A program made the translations under genes and the position numbers. From an uncultured Fidelibacterota bacterium (GTDB taxonomy: Bacteria > Fidelibacterota > Marinisomatia > Marinisomatales > Marinisomataceae): 64,000 nucleotides of DNA. This document shows positions 61,041 through 64,000 of the stretch, piece after piece. The stretch covers positions 199,458-263,457 of the forward strand of contig CABZMF010000001.1 in the NCBI GenBank assembly GCA_902526795.1, written 5' to 3'. Numbering within the stretch: the first letter of the stretch is position 1; each line of letters begins with the position of its first letter. Below the pieces are notes generated by a model. The model saw only the letters and a program-made list of their open reading frames with translations. It did not search any database and was not told the DNA's origin.

Positions 61041-62242
61041 TAAGTACGTTAAAGCTGATTAAAAAAATTATAATTTTAAACATTTATTTTTTAATTATAA
61101 TGACTTCATGTTCAGATAAAAAAAATAACAAAGATTATTTTGAACCTGAAATTCTATCAAATGAAGTTAACTTTGAAGAGCCAATTGATTTATCTATTAT
61201 GAATATTTTAATTTACCCTAATCAATTTGATAAAAATTCCGTTTATTTAGACACAGAAATTTTAAGTGAAAGAGGAGGTGAGGGAGATGTTCAGATTTCA
61301 TTAATTAATGATGATAAATTAGTCGCATCTCATTCGATAAAAATTAAATCTAATATTAGTAACTATTTCCAATCTTTTTTGATATCAGGAAATATAGATT
61401 TTGATAAAATTTTTGAATTAAATATTTCTGCTTTAGAAGGAGAGGAAAATATTTCAAATAATAGATATTCATTTCACAGTAAACTTAAAATTGAAAAACC
61501 AAAGATTGCTGTTATTTCTGGAAAACTAAATTTTAACTCACCATTCATAATTAATAATCTCAATACAGAATATGATCATTTTTATCCTAACCCTTTAGAC
61601 GGAAATTTAGATATTACTAACTTTTGGTTTAATGAGTATGATATACTTATTCTTGATAACTTTCCAAGTAAACCTGTGTCTGATAAATGGCTAAATTTAT
61701 TTTTAAAAAAAATCTATTCTGAAGAAACTTCTTTAATTATGACTTCAAGATTTGATCAAAACTTTAATGAGATAAAGAATTTTTTTCCAATATTTGGATT
61801 AAATACAAAAGATAATATAGACCTCCAATCCTTAAATAGTTTTTCTAGATTCTCAAAACAATCTTTTAAATCATCCTTTATTATATCAAATGAGCTATAT
61901 AATCATTCAGAAAATTTTAAAAAACAACTTGTTGATACAATTGATTGGATTTTGTTTGATACAAATATCCAACATTCTTTTTTCATTGCTAATAGTAATT
62001 TAAAAAAAAATAAATCAATCTTTATTTATGGATATTCAAATATTGTAGATTTAGAAATTAAAAATTTTAATGTTGAGCTGCTTCAAAATGATAGTGTAAT
62101 TGATTCTTTAAAATTATTATACAATCCAATATCTGGATATTATTTTTGCCAATTAAAAGCTAGAAAAGCAGGACAGCACATTTTGAAAATCAAAGAAAAT
62201 AATAAATTAATTGATACTATAAATATTAATATATTCAATTAA
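61037..62242 (+). CDS. Hypothetical lipoprotein (Ig/CARDB-like plus GATase-like fold)
   Basis: Lipobox MTSC; E.N..NN motif; YDILILDN.P. Confidence 0.5.
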   Translation: MISTLKLIKKIIILNIYFLIIMTSCSDKKNNKDYFEPEILSNEVNFEEPIDLSIMNILIYPNQFDKNSVYLDTEILSERGGEGDVQISLINDDKLVASHSIKIKSNISNYFQSFLISGNIDFDKIFELNISALEGEENISNNRYSFHSKLKIEKPKIAVISGKLNFNSPFIINNLNTEYDHFYPNPLDGNLDITNFWFNEYDILILDNFPSKPVSDKWLNLFLKKIYSEETSLIMTSRFDQNFNEIKNFFPIFGLNTKDNIDLQSLNSFSRFSKQSFKSSFIISNELYNHSENFKKQLVDTIDWILFDTNIQHSFFIANSNLKKNKSIFIYGYSNIVDLEIKNFNVELLQNDSVIDSLKLLYNPISGYYFCQLKARKAGQHILKIKENNKLIDTININIFN

Positions 62243-62258
62243 ATGAGTAAATTATTAA

Positions 62259-63524
62259 ATGCTAGATATAAAAAAAATTAGGGTAAATCCAGAAAGAGTT
62301 TTAAAAGATCTATTAAAAAAAGATAAAGATATTTCCCTTAAAAGTATTTTAAATATTGATGCAAAATTAAAGTCTCTCACTACAAAATTAAATGAGTTAC
62401 AGGCTAAGCAAAATAGTAAATCTAAAGAAATAGGAAAGCTAAAATCAAAAAGAGATTCTTCAGACGAAGTTTTCAAAAATTTAAAAGTATTATCTGAAAA
62501 GATTAAAGAACTTGAAAAAGAGCAAAAAAAATTATCATTTTTACTAAAAAATGCTTTGCTTGAAATACCAAATTTACCTCATTCCTCATGTCCTAAAGGA
62601 AAAAATGAAAAAGATAATATTGTTGTTTTAGAAAAGAATAAAAAAGAAAATTACAATTTTACGATAAAAGATCACGTAGAGATTGGAAAAAATTTAGATA
62701 TACTTGATTTTGAAATTTCTGCAAAAATGTCTGGTACAGGTTTTCCACTTTTTAAAGGAAAAGGAGCATTATTAGAAAGAGCTCTAATAAATTTTATGAC
62801 TGATTACCATTTAAATAATTTTGGTTATACAGAGTTTTTCACTCCATTTTTAGTTAAGCCTGATACAGCTTTAACAACTGGTCAACTTCCCAAGTTTTCA
62901 GAAGATATGTACCATATTGAAAAAGATGATTTATATTTAATACCTACGGCCGAGGTATCTCTTACTAATATTCATAAAGATGATTTGTTCTCATTAAGTG
63001 ATTTACCTAAATATTACCTAGGCTATTCTGCATGTTTTAGAAGAGAAGCTGGATCATATGGAAAAGATACAAGAGGCTTGTTAAGGGTTCATCAGTTTAA
63101 TAAAGTTGAGTTAGTCAAATTTGTAGAACCAAAAAAATCTTATAAAGAACTTGATTCTCTTGTTAAGCAGGCTACAAATATTTTAGATTTATTAGATCTT
63201 AATTACAGAGTAGTTGAATTATGTTCTGGAGATCTAGGTTTTGCTGCTGCTAAATGTTTTGATCTTGAAGTTTGGTCTCCAGGAGAAGAAAAATGGCTAG
63301 AAGTTTCTTCCTGTAGCAATTTTGAAGATTTTCAATCTAGAAGAGGAAACATAAGATTTAAAAATTCAGATGGTAAAATAGATTTTGTTCATACATTAAA
63401 TGGCTCAGGATTAGCCACACCAAGAATTTTTGCGGCATTGCTTGAAACACATCAAAATAATGATGGTAGTGTTAGTATTCCACAGTGTCTCCAATCATAT
63501 ATGGGAATTTCGGAGATAAAATAA
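62259..63524 (+). CDS. serS: Serine--tRNA ligase
   Basis: MLDIK.IR.NPE, YLIPTAEV, CFRREAGSYGKDTRGL.RVHQF.KVE, HTLNGSGLA.PR. Confidence 0.97.
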   Translation: MLDIKKIRVNPERVLKDLLKKDKDISLKSILNIDAKLKSLTTKLNELQAKQNSKSKEIGKLKSKRDSSDEVFKNLKVLSEKIKELEKEQKKLSFLLKNALLEIPNLPHSSCPKGKNEKDNIVVLEKNKKENYNFTIKDHVEIGKNLDILDFEISAKMSGTGFPLFKGKGALLERALINFMTDYHLNNFGYTEFFTPFLVKPDTALTTGQLPKFSEDMYHIEKDDLYLIPTAEVSLTNIHKDDLFSLSDLPKYYLGYSACFRREAGSYGKDTRGLLRVHQFNKVELVKFVEPKKSYKELDSLVKQATNILDLLDLNYRVVELCSGDLGFAAAKCFDLEVWSPGEEKWLEVSSCSNFEDFQSRRGNIRFKNSDGKIDFVHTLNGSGLATPRIFAALLETHQNNDGSVSIPQCLQSYMGISEIK

Positions 63525-63535
63525 TTGCGAATTAT

Positions 63536-64000
63536 ATGGATTTATTTTAATCTTATTTTTTGGACATTATTATTTGGTCTTAGTTCCCTTTTTACAATAC
63601 TTTTAACAGGAAAAAAAGAACATTTTAAGTTTTTTGGAATCATTTGGGGTAAAACTTTATCCTTCATTTTTAATATAAAGCTTATTGTTATTGGCAAAGA
63701 AAATTTATTAAATGAATCAAATTATATTTTTGTTCCAAATCATGCATCGTTAATTGATATACCTTTATTACTAATTGCAGTTAACAGATACACTGTTTTT
63801 ATCGCAAAGGATGAGCTTAGAAAGATTCCAATATTTAAATCAATTCTAGATAAAGCAGGATTTATTTTTGTAAATAGAAAAGATAATGAGAGCTCTATTA
63901 ATTCCATAAATAACCTAATAAATGACATAAAAGATTTACCAAGATCTGTTGGGATTTTTGCGGAGGGAACAAGAACAAAAGATGGAAATTTACAAATGTT
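63536..64000 (+). CDS. plsC: 1-acyl-sn-glycerol-3-phosphate acyltransferase (3' truncated; absent from the ORF track)
   Basis: My translation from ATG 63536 gives NHASLID, FIAKDEL, GFIFVNR, FAEGTR and runs off the window. Confidence 0.88.

Overview
AT-rich (roughly 30% GC by eye), very tightly packed bacterial chromosome segment. FCB-group traits (Bacteroidota-like SecA C-terminus, T9SS-type C-terminal sorting domain, short F0 c subunit, epsilon lacking its C-terminal helices) plus streamlining suggest a marine Marinimicrobia/SAR406-like organism; this is inference. Most of the window is housekeeping: secDF, kbl/tdh, parAB, a complete atpBEFHAGDC operon, aspS, phoH, nusB, secA, kdsD, mltG, pcrA/uvrD, fur, trpS, scpAB, rluB, cmk, rpsA, tsaD, serS and a partial plsC. 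There are four tRNAs (Asn-GTT, Arg-TCT, Leu-TAG, Asp-GTC) and a cobalamin riboswitch upstream of a BtuB-like receptor. Most notable: (1) a two-gene operon pairing a lipoprotein PKD-PKD-cohesin 'mini-scaffoldin' with a 1567-aa secreted Asp-box propeller protein carrying a dockerin-like double Ca-loop and a T9SS-type tail, a candidate cellulosome-like surface-tethering system in a non-cellulolytic organism; (2) a stand-alone 75-aa two-repeat protein with near-consensus promoter, strong SD and perfect terminator, a candidate nucleoid protein; (3) a 1.5-kb integrase-less cassette between tRNA-Arg and a duplicate of its 3' half, carrying only a DUF262-HNH nuclease; (4) a YhaM-like OB-HD protein whose metal ligands are systematically replaced; (5) a TonB receptor / PiT-like permease / beta-propeller phytase cluster.
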